Source: Eledone cirrhosa
Taxonomy: Eukaryota
Reading direction: 5' to 3'
Assembly: GCA_964016885.1 (NCBI GenBank)
Contig: OZ024742.1
Location: 310,248,001 to 310,312,000, forward strand
DNA length: 64,000 bases
Shown here piece by piece: positions 1 to 15,789 of this stretch; position 1 is the stretch's first letter; the number at the start of each line of letters is the position of its first letter. A program made the position numbers and the translations under genes. The notes beneath the pieces were generated by a model. The model did no database searches. It had not been told where the DNA came from and saw only the letters and a program-made list of their open reading frames with translations.

Positions 1-29
1 GATGGTAAATTGAGTTAGAGTTACTATTG

Positions 30-180
30 CTCAGACGGGCCTCCAAATCGACCCCATAGGCATGGGTCGATTCGAAATTATGTTAAATGATTCTTGCTCA
101 AGATGCCATGCGGCGGAATCAAACCAGGCGATCTTATAATTGCGAAGCGAACTTCTTAACCATTCGGTCATACTGCTTAT
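30..180 (-). mobile_element. Diverged tRNA-derived SINE (family 3)
   Basis: Minus strand reads tgaccgaatggttaagaagttcgcttcgcaa...ggtttgattcc (A/B-box-like). Similar copies at about 12150-12310, 32450-32613, 56330-56480 and 56625-56785. Confidence 0.65.
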
Positions 181-198
181 ACGAGACGTTAAAATATC

Positions 199-740
199 TA
201 TTCTCGGGTCTCGAATAATCACCCCCCCACCCTCCAACATTCCCACCCGCTTATTAATTTTTAAGATTCTTTTGCACACCCCCTCCCTCGCTTCTTAAAT
301 GTTGCATAAAAAAAGATAAAGAAAATGATTACTCTTAGATCTTGAATAAACGACCCCCACCGCTTATTAATTTTTCAGATCTTTTCCAACCTCGCCGCTC
401 TTATTTCAACCACCCAACTCTTATTCCAACCCCCTGCGTTTATTCTAACTCCCCTTCCACAAGTTTGCTAATCTATCTCCGGTGAAATCTTATTTCAAGT
501 GATAGCATTACTGCGGTTACTAATTTTCGTTATAAATTAAAAAAACATTATACATGACAACAAATGTACATTACTAGAAATCCAATATATTATAAAATAA
601 ATAGGATGGGTTGGGGTCTCAATATGTAAACTGATCGACTAATTCTGGTTTGTAAAAAATCAACGGAGACAACCTAGAACAATTACCGATTTTATAACCC
701 CCGCTTAACCCACCCCCGTATTATTTGGGACTTGAGAGTA
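199..740. mobile_element. MITE-like DNA element with imperfect TIRs
   Basis: tattctcgggtctcgaataat at the left end is an imperfect inverse of attatttgggacttgagagta at the right. TA at both ends. Internal repeats of cccacccgcttattaattttt. Confidence 0.55.
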
Positions 741-1037
741 AATATATATAGAGAAGGCGGACTTAGACTTTCTTTATTTTCAGGATCTTGTTAAAAAAAT
801 ATATATATATAACAATTATTATTTGTAATGCAAGTGAAGCTAACCTTTCGGAAAAATATACACTCTGCTATCCAAAACCCATAGCACGGAACGAAGGTAA
901 CATAAGGGCAACAGCAACGAACTCACTCCTACATCAATGGCCAGTCAACGCAGGTGGATATAGAATGTGTAGCAACAAGTACGGTGCGACAGCATGGCGT
1001 CAGTCGGATGGCTGGAACGGGTAAAAGTATAAAGAGT

Positions 1038-1244
1038 AATAATGATTTCTGGTTTAGGCACAAGGCCTGTAATATGAAGGGGTGGGGAAAGTCGATTAAA
1101 TCGACCATAGTGTTACTAGTGCTTTATTTATTGACCCCGTAAGGATGAAAGGGAAAGCTAACCTCTGCGGGATTTGAACTCAGAGCGTAAAGGGCCGTGA
1201 AGCATATTGTCCGATGCTCTACCGATACTGTCAACCCAGCGCCC
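1038..1244 (-). mobile_element. tRNA-derived SINE with Meta-type core (family 1)
   Basis: Minus strand has B-box gagttcaaatccc and core ctttcatccttacggggtc-ataaaataaag. More than 10 near-identical copies in the window. Confidence 0.8.
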
Positions 1245-4200
1245 TAAAAAGCAGAATAATAACAAGGTTTAAAAAACGGACACAACTCTGTACAGGGGAA
1301 GAAAATTAATCAAATTATTAGTTTTAATTTCAATTTTTTTGATAAAGTTTGAATGTGCTGCAACTATGTTTGATATGTTTGATATGTGCACAATTATGGT
1401 CAAGTCTGTGCGTGCGTATTAGAACTTTCACCTCTGTACGTGACCATCACTGACTGTCACTGTTTCGATTACATCCGCCTAGAATAGACACCTTCATAAA
1501 CATTAAACTACCGACCAAATTTGATTCCACCCCGCTAGGTCCTCTTCCATACTACAGTTTCTTCTGCTTCCTAATTGTTACATAACACTTTTAGCTACAT
1601 CAATCTAACGTACTTACGTAACTCTTCTTAGACGACGAAACTTACACCACTTGTTAGAACATGTATTATACAAGCCAACGTATTCATTTGACTGGTTAGA
1701 AATAGTAGCTAAATCTCCAACAAATTACATTCGCCTTAAATACTACATTCAATAATGTAGTCCTAGTCACACACACAAAAGAAATGGTGTGGTATCGAGT
1801 GGAATAGTTTTCATTATAGGTTTGCTTAATCAACGTTGAACAAAACAACAAAATCCATCTAGAAATCCTTCCTATTTATGAAATTGACCGTCACCTTTAA
1901 ACAACGATGTATCCTGGACTACATTTTTAATAGGTTTATTTTTTAAAGTGTTGTTAGATGAGAATTTAGTTGCTATTTCTAGCAAGTTTACCGATCACAT
2001 TGATGGCTCCTTCTTGGTGTGGCTTTAAGAGTCATTTATTTTATCTGTGACTACAATAGTTTATCTCTTCCTTCTTAAAACGGCAATGTGTGATTTGACG
2101 CAGATTTAACTACTATTTCTAGCAGGTTGAGTGTCTGCAAAGAAGAAACTCTGTTGAGTTGCTCATTTAATGGTATGATGACAGTTAGTACTGAAATGTA
2201 ATTTTGTCTAGAACAACTTAATTTTGACGGAATGTACCATCTTTTAAATTATAGCGTGACGTGATTCTGCTGAGTATTGCGAAATCAACAAAACCGTCAC
2301 CGATTAAACAACACTTATAGTGCTTTTAACAGTAAACTATGCCTGAACATGATTTCATATCATAACTATGTTTCTGACTATCCTATGGATAATTAATTTT
2401 CTTCACCATGGGATATAATACAACCCCAGTGAGAAGATAGGGGCTATGAACTTTTCGGACAGCAGAACGACCCAAGTACCAATTTTTCCAGATGTTGTTA
2501 TGATAAAGATAACATTAATTTCTGAAAATTCAAAGTAGTTAGTTACTTAGCCAAACATTTATATTCAGTATTTCTTTGATGAATACATTTCTGTAGACTA
2601 AGAAGGAGTGAAAATATTATTTGAGATGTAAAATTTGGGAATGAAACTGACTGGAGGTCCAATGGAATTTAGTACAGTCTAGCTAGTCTGTCTAGTCTGC
2701 GTAGCCTCTCAATTGAAAGAAACAGCAACAGTGAGAGACAGGGAGTGCTAGAGAGAAGGAAAGAGAATTGAAGAGACTGATAGAGAAGGCGAGATGATGA
2801 CAAGTTCAAGCCGAACACACTATAATAACATGTGTAATTTGAATTAGGGTTTCCCATATTTTCCCATAGCATTACACCAACTAAAACAGTTATTTTCACC
2901 TACTTACCCGATCCACCACAATAAACTACTCCAGCTTTTGCACATTTTAACCAATTCTATTATATCACATAGGCGGTGAACGTTGGATAGGATGTTTGCG
3001 GTATTAGTGCCTGCTCCTGCACTCTTCGTTCAAATCCTGCCAAGCTCAACTTTGCCATCCTTTTGAAGTCGATAAAAAGTCCGAGTCCGTTGCTGGGGTC
3101 GATTCTTCCTCTACATCTTTTTCTCACTTCCTCTCTCTCTCACACCTTTTCATATGAAAGAAATAAGCTGTGTTCAGACATGGAGAGGTTATGGGCTCCA
3201 CTAGATTTAAAATGCCCAAGACTGTTAGTATCCTTATTTGACAAAAGTTAATTGGATTAGAACAGGGTTGTGTGTTGCATGTATGCAACGCATGACTTTA
3301 TGTATTAGAAAATTTAAGATATGTACAACTGCAGTTTATAAGCACCGCTGTGAAAATGTAAACAAATTTCATAACATTTTGTTTTTCTTTTATATAAAAG
3401 AGAATAACGGAATGTTTCCACATTTGTTTACAGTCCACAAGGATGCTTATAAACTGGATGCTTATACATAAATGTATCTTAGACATGCATGACATGTTTA
3501 TCTCTTGTTCTACCAACTCGGCCAATCAATTTAACAGTCTTCATAAATATGAGGTAGCGAAGGATCCTCTACGTGGTAGCTCTACCTGCTAGAAACAGCA
3601 GCCAAATTTCTCTCCAATTACAACCGGCCGTCTTATTAAAGAACATGTTCAATGACATGATTGTGGGCTCATTACATATATAGGCTAATAAGAAAAAAAA
3701 CTGTACTTTCATAGCAAGCCAGTTTTCATATATTTGCTGGATCAGGGTTGAACTAGGGTTAAACAAAAATAATACCCACATAAATGTTCGCAAACTAGTC
3801 AGAGAATGCTACACATTCAACAGAAGATCAGTTGCCACAGTACTAAATTGCTGCTTTAACCACTACAGACATGAAAATCAACCTCAGCGGGAATTGAGTG
3901 TAGACTACGCCAGAACTATATGTTCTTCACCCTAGAACAGGGAGTGGTAATAGATAGAATAGCGCTCATACATGAGCCATGGATATATTATCTGTGCTCC
4001 TCGGACATTATCATATTTTTTCTGTATATGTATGGACACGTAACTCCTGGAAGAGCTGTAGGGGCGCCGTAGTTACACATGGCAACTCTTGTGCATTTTA
4101 AAGCTGAACACGAGAGAGTGATGGAGAGGAAAACAAAAAGAGATGTAGATGAAGAAGCCCTCCGCCCAACACTACTGAACTGCTACTTTTTATAGCGACC

Positions 4201-4608
4201 TCGAAATGATGAAAGGTGAAGTTGACATAGGCGGCGAAATTTAAGCCCAGAGCGCAGGATCGCAACGAATAACGCAAAGCATTCTATCCGACATTCTAAT
4301 GTCCCGTCAATGCGTCGCATTTTTCTGTGTAAGATATGATATAATATACACGTGGTCCATGAGCAAACCTAGAAAAACAATTATCAAAAGTAGGTCATTA
4401 CAATTTGAAGGTACTGATCTCTACCCTAGACAAAAAAATTGCTGTTCTGTTATTTCAACAATTATACCAAACAAAATAACACGAGAGTGTCTGCGTATAC
4501 TTTCCGTTGCGTTTCACCGATTTCATATTTTGATACGTCACTGTGGAATTTTGTACCCTCTGTAGTTTACTATTTTACATACTCACATACATTCATATAT
4601 ATATACAC

Positions 4609-4665
<57 letters not shown>

Positions 4666-5269
4666 AATATATGTGTATATATATATGTATATATATACAC
4701 ATTTATATATATACACACACATATATACACACACACATATATATATATATACATACACACACACACATATACATATATACATACACATATATAATTTGAT
4801 TAAGCACATACTTGAAATAAAAATAGAATATTGAAAAGGGATATATTTCCCAAATATGGGTTATATATACATATATACGTAAATTTATCCTACCTTCCCG
4901 TTATACATTGGATACATGCATACATACATACTAACCTACGTATGTGTGTGTATGTGTGCGTGTGTGCGTGTGTGTGTTTGTGTGTGTGTGTGTATGTGTA
5001 AATAATACAATATCTAGGTCGGCGAGTGTTTAGGTAAGTATCCGTGCGTGTTGGAAACATTGGGCGTTTCTGGTGGAATTTCTTTGATAGATTTCGTAAG
5101 CATAGACAACACAACAAACACACACAGTTTTGTACATAACACAACACACATACATGGTCGCGTGCACAGAGTAAGCGGAGACAAAGAATCATATATAGAA
5201 GCATATTTTATCGAAAGTCCTCAGAGAATGAAATTCTCGTGTAATTAACACACAAATAAGGACATATTA

Positions 5270-5273
5270 TATG

Positions 5274-5305
<32 letters not shown>

Positions 5306-5408
5306 TGTATGTATGTATGTATGTATGTATGTATGTATGTATGTATGTATGTATGTATGTGTGTGTGTGTGTATGTATGTGTGTGTATGTATGTATGTAT
5401 ATATATAC

Positions 5409-5481
<73 letters not shown>

Positions 5482-5647
5482 AAATGTATATATATATATA
5501 TATATATTGTATCATGTATAAAACTCACAGGCACATATATTTACACATACAGAAGTGTACACATATATGTATGTATACACATATATACATATATATAAAT
5601 ATATGTATACATATGTGTATACACACACACATATACACACATATATA

Positions 5648-5695
<48 letters not shown>

Positions 5696-5952
5696 CATAC
5701 ATACATACACACATACATACATACATACATACATATACATATACATATAATATGTCCTTATATGCATATATATATATGTGCGTGTGTAATCACGCTTGCA
5801 TGTATGTATTCATGTACGCACGTAAGTACATAATACATGCAAGCATGCACACATACATACATGCACACACACATACATACATACATAAACACTTACATAC
5901 ATACATATATACATTCATAAATACATACATACATACATACATACATACATAC
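5270..5952. repeat. Compound (TATG)n/(TA)n/(CATA)n microsatellite
   Basis: Directly visible. Confidence 0.95.
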
Positions 5953-6940
5953 AAGAACGAAGTGTTTAGTCAGTAAAATAATACTACATTTACTGTTCAG
6001 ATCTTGACTACAGTATAAATTCTCTAATGGGAGAAAAATGTCGAATTTCTCCATCTGCCCTGATCTGACCTCACAAGCAGTAAGACCTAGTGACTTGTTT
6101 CTACTAATATAATGTCGTTAACACAATGTTAGTCTAGACATTTGGAGACCATACTTTAAATTATTAGTATCCTTAACGAATTTAGTATTATATTTTTTAG
6201 GAGTGCATCCTCTATACTCGTCATTTGCACTCATAATAATGAGAAATCAGATATTGAGGGAAATTGTTGTCTGATGAAGTCCATCCTCTTGGTACCAGTA
6301 TAGTCAGTAGGATTTGATTATAATTTTATTTAATTTGGTAATTGAATTTTCTGTGATGTGTTTAAGGGTAGTTTATGTTTGTTGTATTTAGTTGTATAGG
6401 ATTGTGTAAGAAATAATTATATATATTGTATCAGAGCTTTTATACTCTGTAAACTAAGATCTTCGTTGAAAAGTCTCTGGTAAAGACGGTTCTTCTATTG
6501 TGGTTTTAACTTTAACTTTATTAAACAGGGTAATTTCATGCTGTGTTGTGTGCTTTGACTGGTTTAGTCTTGTTAAATTTTGTAAATAATGTAATCGAAT
6601 ATCTCGGCTCGGGGTTCATTATTGGCATCAATTTTATCGGTAAATTTAACATCAATGAGATTTGAACACAGAATGTAAAACGAAACGAAATGTGTTATGG
6701 CTCTTTTCTTCACTCCATTATTTCTACCAACCATCTCATTTGATGAATAATGAATAATGATTTCTAACTTATGCACAACGCTTGCAATTTGTTGGGAGAG
6801 GAACGACTGGTACTTTATTTCATCGATCACACAAAGATGAAAAGCAAAGTAACCTCGGTGGGATTTCAACTCGGAAAGTAAACAGCCGGAACAAATACTT
6901 TGTCCAACGCTCAAACGAGTCTGCCAATCCTCCCGACTCG

Positions 6941-7163
6941 TAATAATGATTTCTAGTATAGGCACAAGGCGAGTAATTAGGGTGGGGGAGAAAGTTGATT
7001 AAATCGACTCCATACGTTACTGATGCTTTATTTTATCGACCCCGTAAGGATGAAAGGCAAAGTTAACCGTGGCGGGATTTGAACTCAGACTATAAAGGAC
7101 CGTAACTCTATGCTGCAAAGTATGGTGTCCGACTCTCTACCGCTACTGCCAATCCACCGCCCT
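6941..7163 (-). mobile_element. SINE family 1 copy
   Basis: Same consensus (ggcacaagg...atcgaccccgtaaggatgaaaggcaaagttaacc...gatttgaactcag...gccaatccaccgccc). Confidence 0.85.
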
Positions 7164-7663
7164 ACTCCTAATGAATTGTAGTAATAACTGCATTCAAGTT
7201 CAGCTTTTTCCTATGGAAGTAAATATCCCAAACGTGATATGTAACATTGACATTAGTGGAATTCGGAAGTAGATAGTAAAGAGACGAGATTAAATAAGAT
7301 GTGATTTATATGCATCGTTCCAGTGATTCTGACAACCCTACCCATATAACTAATAACTAACAATAACAATAATAATACCCACATTTAGATTCTTGCTGTG
7401 TATCTTAAATCTTCCAAATGGGATAACTATGCATAACTGCCCATCTCTAAAAACCCAAACGGGGAGTACCATGTTCATGTTGGTATAATATTTCTGTTGA
7501 TGTAATATTGAGTGAATGATATGTCAATGGTGAGTTTCGAAGACATATTACTATACTTTAAAATGCTTCATGTATTTCGTGGAAAATAGAAGTAAGTCCA
7601 GTTTTAGAGGAACCTGATTTCAGATAATAAATATGTCTTGATAGCTCTGTGTAGCTTTATATA

Positions 7664-7864
7664 CAGGCTGGCCTGCTAACCTCTGAAAACCCAAACGGGG
7701 AGTACCATGAAAAAAAAGGTGCTCCAAAACGGGGAGAAATGAGGCAAAAATGGGAAATTTTACATAATGAAAGCTATACCGATTTTTACAAGAGAAGACA
7801 TCTCTCACCCTCCCCAAAGTGGATGGGAGATCTCCCCGTCCGACGGCGAGAGTTAACAGGTCTG
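7664..7864. mobile_element. hAT-like MITE
   Basis: Ends caggc..ctgctaacctc and gagagttaacaggtctg. A second copy lies in the opposite orientation at 23500-23701. Confidence 0.65.
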
Positions 7865-8051
7865 ACTATGGTTTACTAGGCATGCATTCACCATTCTATT
7901 TGTAGAGCTATAGTGAAACAGGTGAAGTCTGTTCTATTTTGTCATACAGATGAAGAAGCAGGCGGGTAACATTGTGTTCTGTTAGGCAAGGAAAAATGCT
8001 ATTTGTTTGTTTAATTATGTTTCGCCAAAGGATTTCTGGTTTGGCACGTGA

Positions 8052-8345
8052 AGGCACGTGGTTTAGGGGTCAAGGTGTTCTGCTCGCGATCATGAGGTCG
8101 ATCCTGGCGACTGGTTGTGTACTTGAGCAAGACATTTGTTATTTGTTCTCCAGTCCAATCATCTGGCAAAAATGAGTTGTACCTGCAATTTAAATGTCTC
8201 ACGCTGAATATCTCTGAGAACTGTTTTGAAATTACACCTGTCAATGGAATGTTCAATCATTTGTATGTTAATTTCACGAGCAGAATGTTCCGTTGTTCAA
8301 ACGACTGGAACACTCATCTTCAGAATCGAAAAATGAGTTGCGATG
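8052..8345 (+). mobile_element. tRNA-derived SINE (family 2, cttgagcaagacac core)
   Basis: ggcacgtggtttagggg head, cttgagcaagaca core, and a tail shared with the 38054 and 48384 copies. Confidence 0.7.
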
Positions 8346-9304
8346 TCATTGGTGCCAAGCTGTATTGTCCTTTGCCTTTGTCTTGGGCAACATCGGTGTT
8401 GTTGAGAGGAGATACGGGTATGTTCTTTATCCTCTATTCGTAAGTGCATGCGCACTAGGGTATTTGATATAGAAAGTTTGAAAATAGATATTTATTAATT
8501 TACTCTATATACAGCACATTCACCACAGCTGGTGTGCTGCATACAAATCAGTTTTTGGTTTTTAGATTCTATATATCGGCGAGAAATAGGACAACCGGGT
8601 TTTTTTATCCAAGAGATAATCCTTTTGTGGCATTTCCCCCACAGTAGTTACAGAAGTGTTTTTGTGTCAATTCCACTAATGTAAATGCAATGAAGAAGAA
8701 CTGGGAATCCTGTAACCAACGACATTATTGTTTAAGAAAAATACGATGATACAGAATATACGAAAATATAGAAATTAAAAAAAAAAGTTGTAAAAGAAAA
8801 CATTTCGAGGAAACCACAAGAGCAACAAAAGAGATTATGGTAGGTTAGCGCGGCCACAATTGCAAAAAGCCTTAAAATAAATAAAAGCAATGTTATAAAT
8901 ATAATGCAATGAAGAAACGAAAGATATGAAGAAAGACAAAAAGAAAATAACTAATGTGTTTGATGTTATTTTGAATTTAGCGAACTAGACGTTGGAATAG
9001 ACCAACGAAGGCCAATCTTTGTTATTTTATATATTTATAGCATTTAATTTAAATAAATATCAAATAAAAAATCAAAATGAAAATCTGACTTTGTATTAAA
9101 ACATTAATTAGTTTGTGTCTACAGATTTTCGCTAACTGCTATTAACATTCTTTGTCTCTAAAGCCATGTGTATGTTCTTTCTTTTGTTTTTTTATATCTT
9201 CCTTGTTTCTTTTCTTTTAATATCTTTTGTTTTCCTCTTTGCTTTTTTTTTCGATTGTATATTTTTTTATGTTTTTCTATGCCCCACTCGGTCTCTATCA
9301 TTCT

Positions 9305-10412
<1,108 letters not shown>

Positions 10413-10757
10413 TGACAATTTTCTCATTTCGAACAGTTTGTTTTTATTAATAGACAATTAAATAATTATTTTCTATTTTCCTTCAAAAATAAATAACATT
10501 TAAACAATTCATACTTTAAAAAATGTCTTTTGGAAGGTTTATCAGTCTGAGCCGTCCCTTCTTCAACATTGCTCCACTCCCCTCTTTCTCTGACTACTTG
10601 TTAGTCGGCTATTTTCTGCCCCTCTACCTAACTAACCATCATTTAATCTATCTGTGTGTAAATCTCTCTCTCTCTATATATATATACACGTAAGTGTTCA
10701 TTATGTATATACAATATATATATATATATATATGTGTGTTGTGTGTGTATATATATA

Positions 10758-10856
<99 letters not shown>

Positions 10857-10897
10857 GTATATATATATATGTATGTATGTATGTATGTATATATGTA

Positions 10898-10958
<61 letters not shown>

Positions 10959-12513
10959 ACTTGAAGTGAAACACCACCCGATAACAAGAAATATTTCATG
11001 TGTAAAAGATTTAGGAGGATTCCATGTACAAAGCAAACAATTAAAAAAATATAAACTTTGGAGTAATTGATATTTTAAATTACTCATAGTTGAATTTATT
11101 TAAACTTAATATTTTAGTGTGTTAATTAGAATGAATGCAGTAGTACTCCGAATTAGATAATATATGCCTTGTACATTGATGTCTTCCTAAATGTTTTATG
11201 CATGGAATATATATATTTCTTCTTATTCTAGAAAATTTGTGTCTCGGCATTATTTTTATCATATGGATTACGTAAGTTACATTGGCCTGAAGTTATTTTA
11301 CTGATAATTTGTGTAGTAAGTGTCCTTTCTTTAAAGCCATTTATAACTTAGTTTACTGTGATGAAAGAAAATATTTTGTAGATTTTGTTACTTTCTCCTT
11401 GTACAACCGTTCATTAGCTTCAATATCTGAGTTGGTTTATACATTTGATTTACAGCATTCCACTTCTAGCGTTGACAGGTAAACATCGAGGTAAACATTT
11501 ATATCTATTATTTCCTTTCCACTGTTGAGCACAACAATAAAATTGAGCCGTGTTTTAATTGTTGTTGTTACTATGTAGTGCCTGTTGTTGCTTCTGTTTT
11601 TGTTGCTGTTGTTGTTTTTGTTTTCGTTTTTGCTGCTTTTGTTGTTGGTTTTCATATAGCAGGTACACGATACTCAGTTCCTAATGACTGTGACAGTTAA
11701 GGCCTTCCAAATTTTCAGAGCTTGAGGATAACGTCTTCTCCTGTGTTGGCCCGAGCCCCAACCTATCCACATTTATTTTCTGAGGCTGACAAGCGTATAT
11801 CCTCAAGTGTTTCAGAGTTTTTATTATTTATGGGTGTGGACAAGAGGATGAATTAGCCGAATCATTAGGGGCAACGGGTAGAATACTTTGTGGTGTTCGT
11901 TCCGACTCTTTACGTTTTCATCTCAAATTTCACCCAGATGAACTTTGTCTTTCATCCTCACAGGGTCGATATTTAAGTACAGGGGTCGATTTAATCAATC
12001 CCCCAACCCACCCCAGCCGAAATAATTTACTGTCCTTGTGTCTAAATAAGAAATCGTTCTTTAGTGGTGGCAGTTTTTCTGAAACATTTTAAGAGATGTA
12101 TTAGGCGATGTATAGGGGGAGATTGGGAGAGACATATAGAAAGTCTCAGGTATGGCTATGAGATTAAGGAGTTCCTGTTGCAACCACTTAGTTTCAGGTT
12201 CAATCTGACTGCGTGTCACCATGGGCATGAGTGTTTTAGTATAACCTCTTATTGACCATTGTCTTGTGAGTAGAATTTAATAGACAGAAACTGTACGGAA
12301 GCCCATCATGTATATAACAATACTCCAAATGATCTCCAGTAGTTAACTGACGATATAGGGATTTGTTCGTGTATTTCCCGTTGTCCCAGTCGTTTGTAGC
12401 CTTTTTGAATAATATGTATATCTAAAGCCTGACACGTCAAAATTTCTTTCCCCTTTTCCATATAAAGCGTGAAACTATTAAGAATTTTTGTACCTCTGTT
12501 TGTTGTTTCATTG

Positions 12514-12851
<338 letters not shown>

Positions 12852-13420
12852 CCCGTAACGTAACGGTTCGACAAACAGAGATTGATAAAACGATAAACTG
12901 TGTCGATATGATCGTCTATACACCCTCCCCAAGTCAATGCCCCAGAATGACCGAAGGCTAATCACTAAAACCAGTGAAAGAATAAAATAATACATTTGAT
13001 AACAAGGTAGGTGTGTTACCTTCCCATCCTGTGAAAGATTGTTGGTTTCAACAGATCGGGTTTCAATAGTATACAGGTGAGATTCGTCAACGAGAGAAGG
13101 GATATGGTGTTTCATCTTATCTTACCTGTAATTACAATGTTTAGTTGGTTTAGTATTATCTCGTTTTCTAACTACATATTACACATACGCACAAACACAT
13201 ACATGTACACACACACGCACATACACGCACAAGCTCATATACGCACAAGCAAATACACACACTACAACATATACACACCGGTACATACACTGGCACATAT
13301 ACCTGTACTAATTTATTAGTACCTGTGACAGGTTAATCAAGGTGAAATACGGCTATCTATAAGTATAAAAATACACGACACATACACATATGTATAACCA
13401 CATATATATCACACACTGTC

Positions 13421-13526
<106 letters not shown>

Positions 13527-13747
13527 TCACACACACACACACATATTCATAGGTGCGTGTCACAAATTGTATCACTTTTATATATAATTTTTTCAACTTG
13601 ATTAATCTCTGACAAGTAGAAATATGTTAGTATGCGTGAGTGAGAGAACGTGTAGATGTGTATACGTGTGTGTCGTATGAGTAATTAGGTATAATTAGGG
13701 AGGTAATTGAGTTGGAACAGTTGTTTTTTTGTTCAACATGGATACTG

Positions 13748-13795
<48 letters not shown>

Positions 13796-13814
13796 TATAT
13801 ATATATATGTATGT

Positions 13815-13964
<150 letters not shown>

Positions 13965-14034
13965 TATATTAACAAATGGAAACTATATTTATAAAACCCT
14001 ATTTATTTCATTATACATATTTAAATATAACCTC

Positions 14035-14151
<117 letters not shown>

Positions 14152-14262
14152 GTACTCTGATGTGTTGACCAGAGGTAAATAATGTATTGGAGATCGAATG
14201 ACGCAACCTCAAGCGATTAGCGACCTCTAGACTCACCTAATCAACGAAACAATTGTCAGTAC
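14152..14262 (+). ncRNA. Type I hammerhead ribozyme motif, U9 core variant
   Basis: GTACT-CTGATGT-GTTGA[long loop]TCAAC-GAAA-CAATTG-TC-AGTAC. Second copy at 52582-52692. Confidence 0.75.
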
Positions 14263-14800
14263 TTTAAATAAAGCCGTTATTGTACAGCCAACCATGTTAC
14301 TCTTCATCCTTTAACTCTCTTACTGCTCCCCCGTTCTCTCTGTTTCTCTTACCTTCTTTCGTCCCCTCTGTCAGTTAACACTTTCTCTCGACTGACCTCT
14401 TCCTCGCACTTCCACTCACTCACTCTCTGTTTCCCCCCTTCTCACTTCCTCCCGTTCGCTAGTAGTGGGGTTCCTTCTTTCTCACACCGCATTCACGGCG
14501 TACGGTCTGCTTCTCTGACCGCTCATGAAATTCACCCGGCTTATGCTGATCGGATAACTATCATGTTGCTTGCTGTTTTCCCAAACTTCGGTTTGCTTTC
14601 CTTCTGTTGTTTACTTGTCTCACTCGCTTTACGCGTTTCACTTGTCCCAATAGCTTATTTTAGTTATTGCTCGCACCAACCTGAGGTATCTGATTTTTAA
14701 TGCGATGAAATACCAATGATGGTTGGCAAATCACTGATGAGGGAATAATTTTATAATATGTAATCTATGTGCAACCATGCAGTATTCTTCTCCCCTTGTT

Positions 14801-14805
<5 letters not shown>
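14152..14805 (+). mobile_element. (TA)n-flanked non-coding element with several HHR-like motifs (family D)
   Basis: Bounded by (TA)n. The 5' part matches 52582-52746 and the 3' part matches 44015-44220 (minus). Confidence 0.65.
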
Positions 14806-14858
<53 letters not shown>

Positions 14859-15077
14859 GAATAATCGAGTATCGAAAAATCGGCGCACGAGTTCACGATA
14901 AACAAAATTCGATATGAGCGGCAGAGGGCTCAATAATTCAGATAAATCAGAGCTATAACTATCGTTAAAATACCGTCACACATAGAACAAGTCTATAATC
15001 AACCGTACGACCGAAAGATTGCGATCTGGAAGATTCGGGACATTCAGAAAAAAATATCAAAAAATCAATAAATCAAA

Positions 15078-15124
<47 letters not shown>

Positions 15125-15229
15125 TATTCCTCCGAATGAAACAGTTCTAGTCCTGTAGAAGCCATTTCTATATTAAATATTTATACTCTGCTATGTATTT
15201 AGTACATTGGTTACCCCCCGATTGAACGC

Positions 15230-15294
<65 letters not shown>

Positions 15295-15789
15295 GATGTA
15301 TGCGAGTATACGTATATACAGGATGAGTCGTAATTAACCAGGCAGTCCATGACTGATACTGCCCGGGTTTTTTACAACTCACCTTTTATATTGAATGTCT
15401 ATAGTCTGTTTCTATCTATGCCTGACTCCTTGTCTCTCATCCTCTTTCCCTCTCTTACAGTCATCGGCAGGCAGAATTGTCATTGCTGTTTAAAAAGAGA
15501 TCGCATTAAAAAGTGCTACGCCTTCAGTTGTTCTACATTCTGAGTTCAAATCCCGTTGAAGACGTCATTGTCTTTACACCTTCAGGGTCGATAAAACGTG
15601 TAAGACCGGAGCGAAAACCACTGTTCGTCGGTTAGTTTGAGCTCGATAACATACCTATATGTCTTCGTCGAAAAGTGATCTCCGATACGCACTGTGGTGT
15701 GCTGCATGGCAGGATTGAAACTCAGTGTTGTGAAGACTTAGGCATTCGTTTCCTCAAGAAAAGCATGCGCAGTGCATTTTGCGCGTAAA

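Noticed and set aside
12341-12482. CTGACGA...GAAA with a long loop
   Set aside because: Stem II is offset from GAAA by 6 nt and stem III is absent. Too degraded to call.
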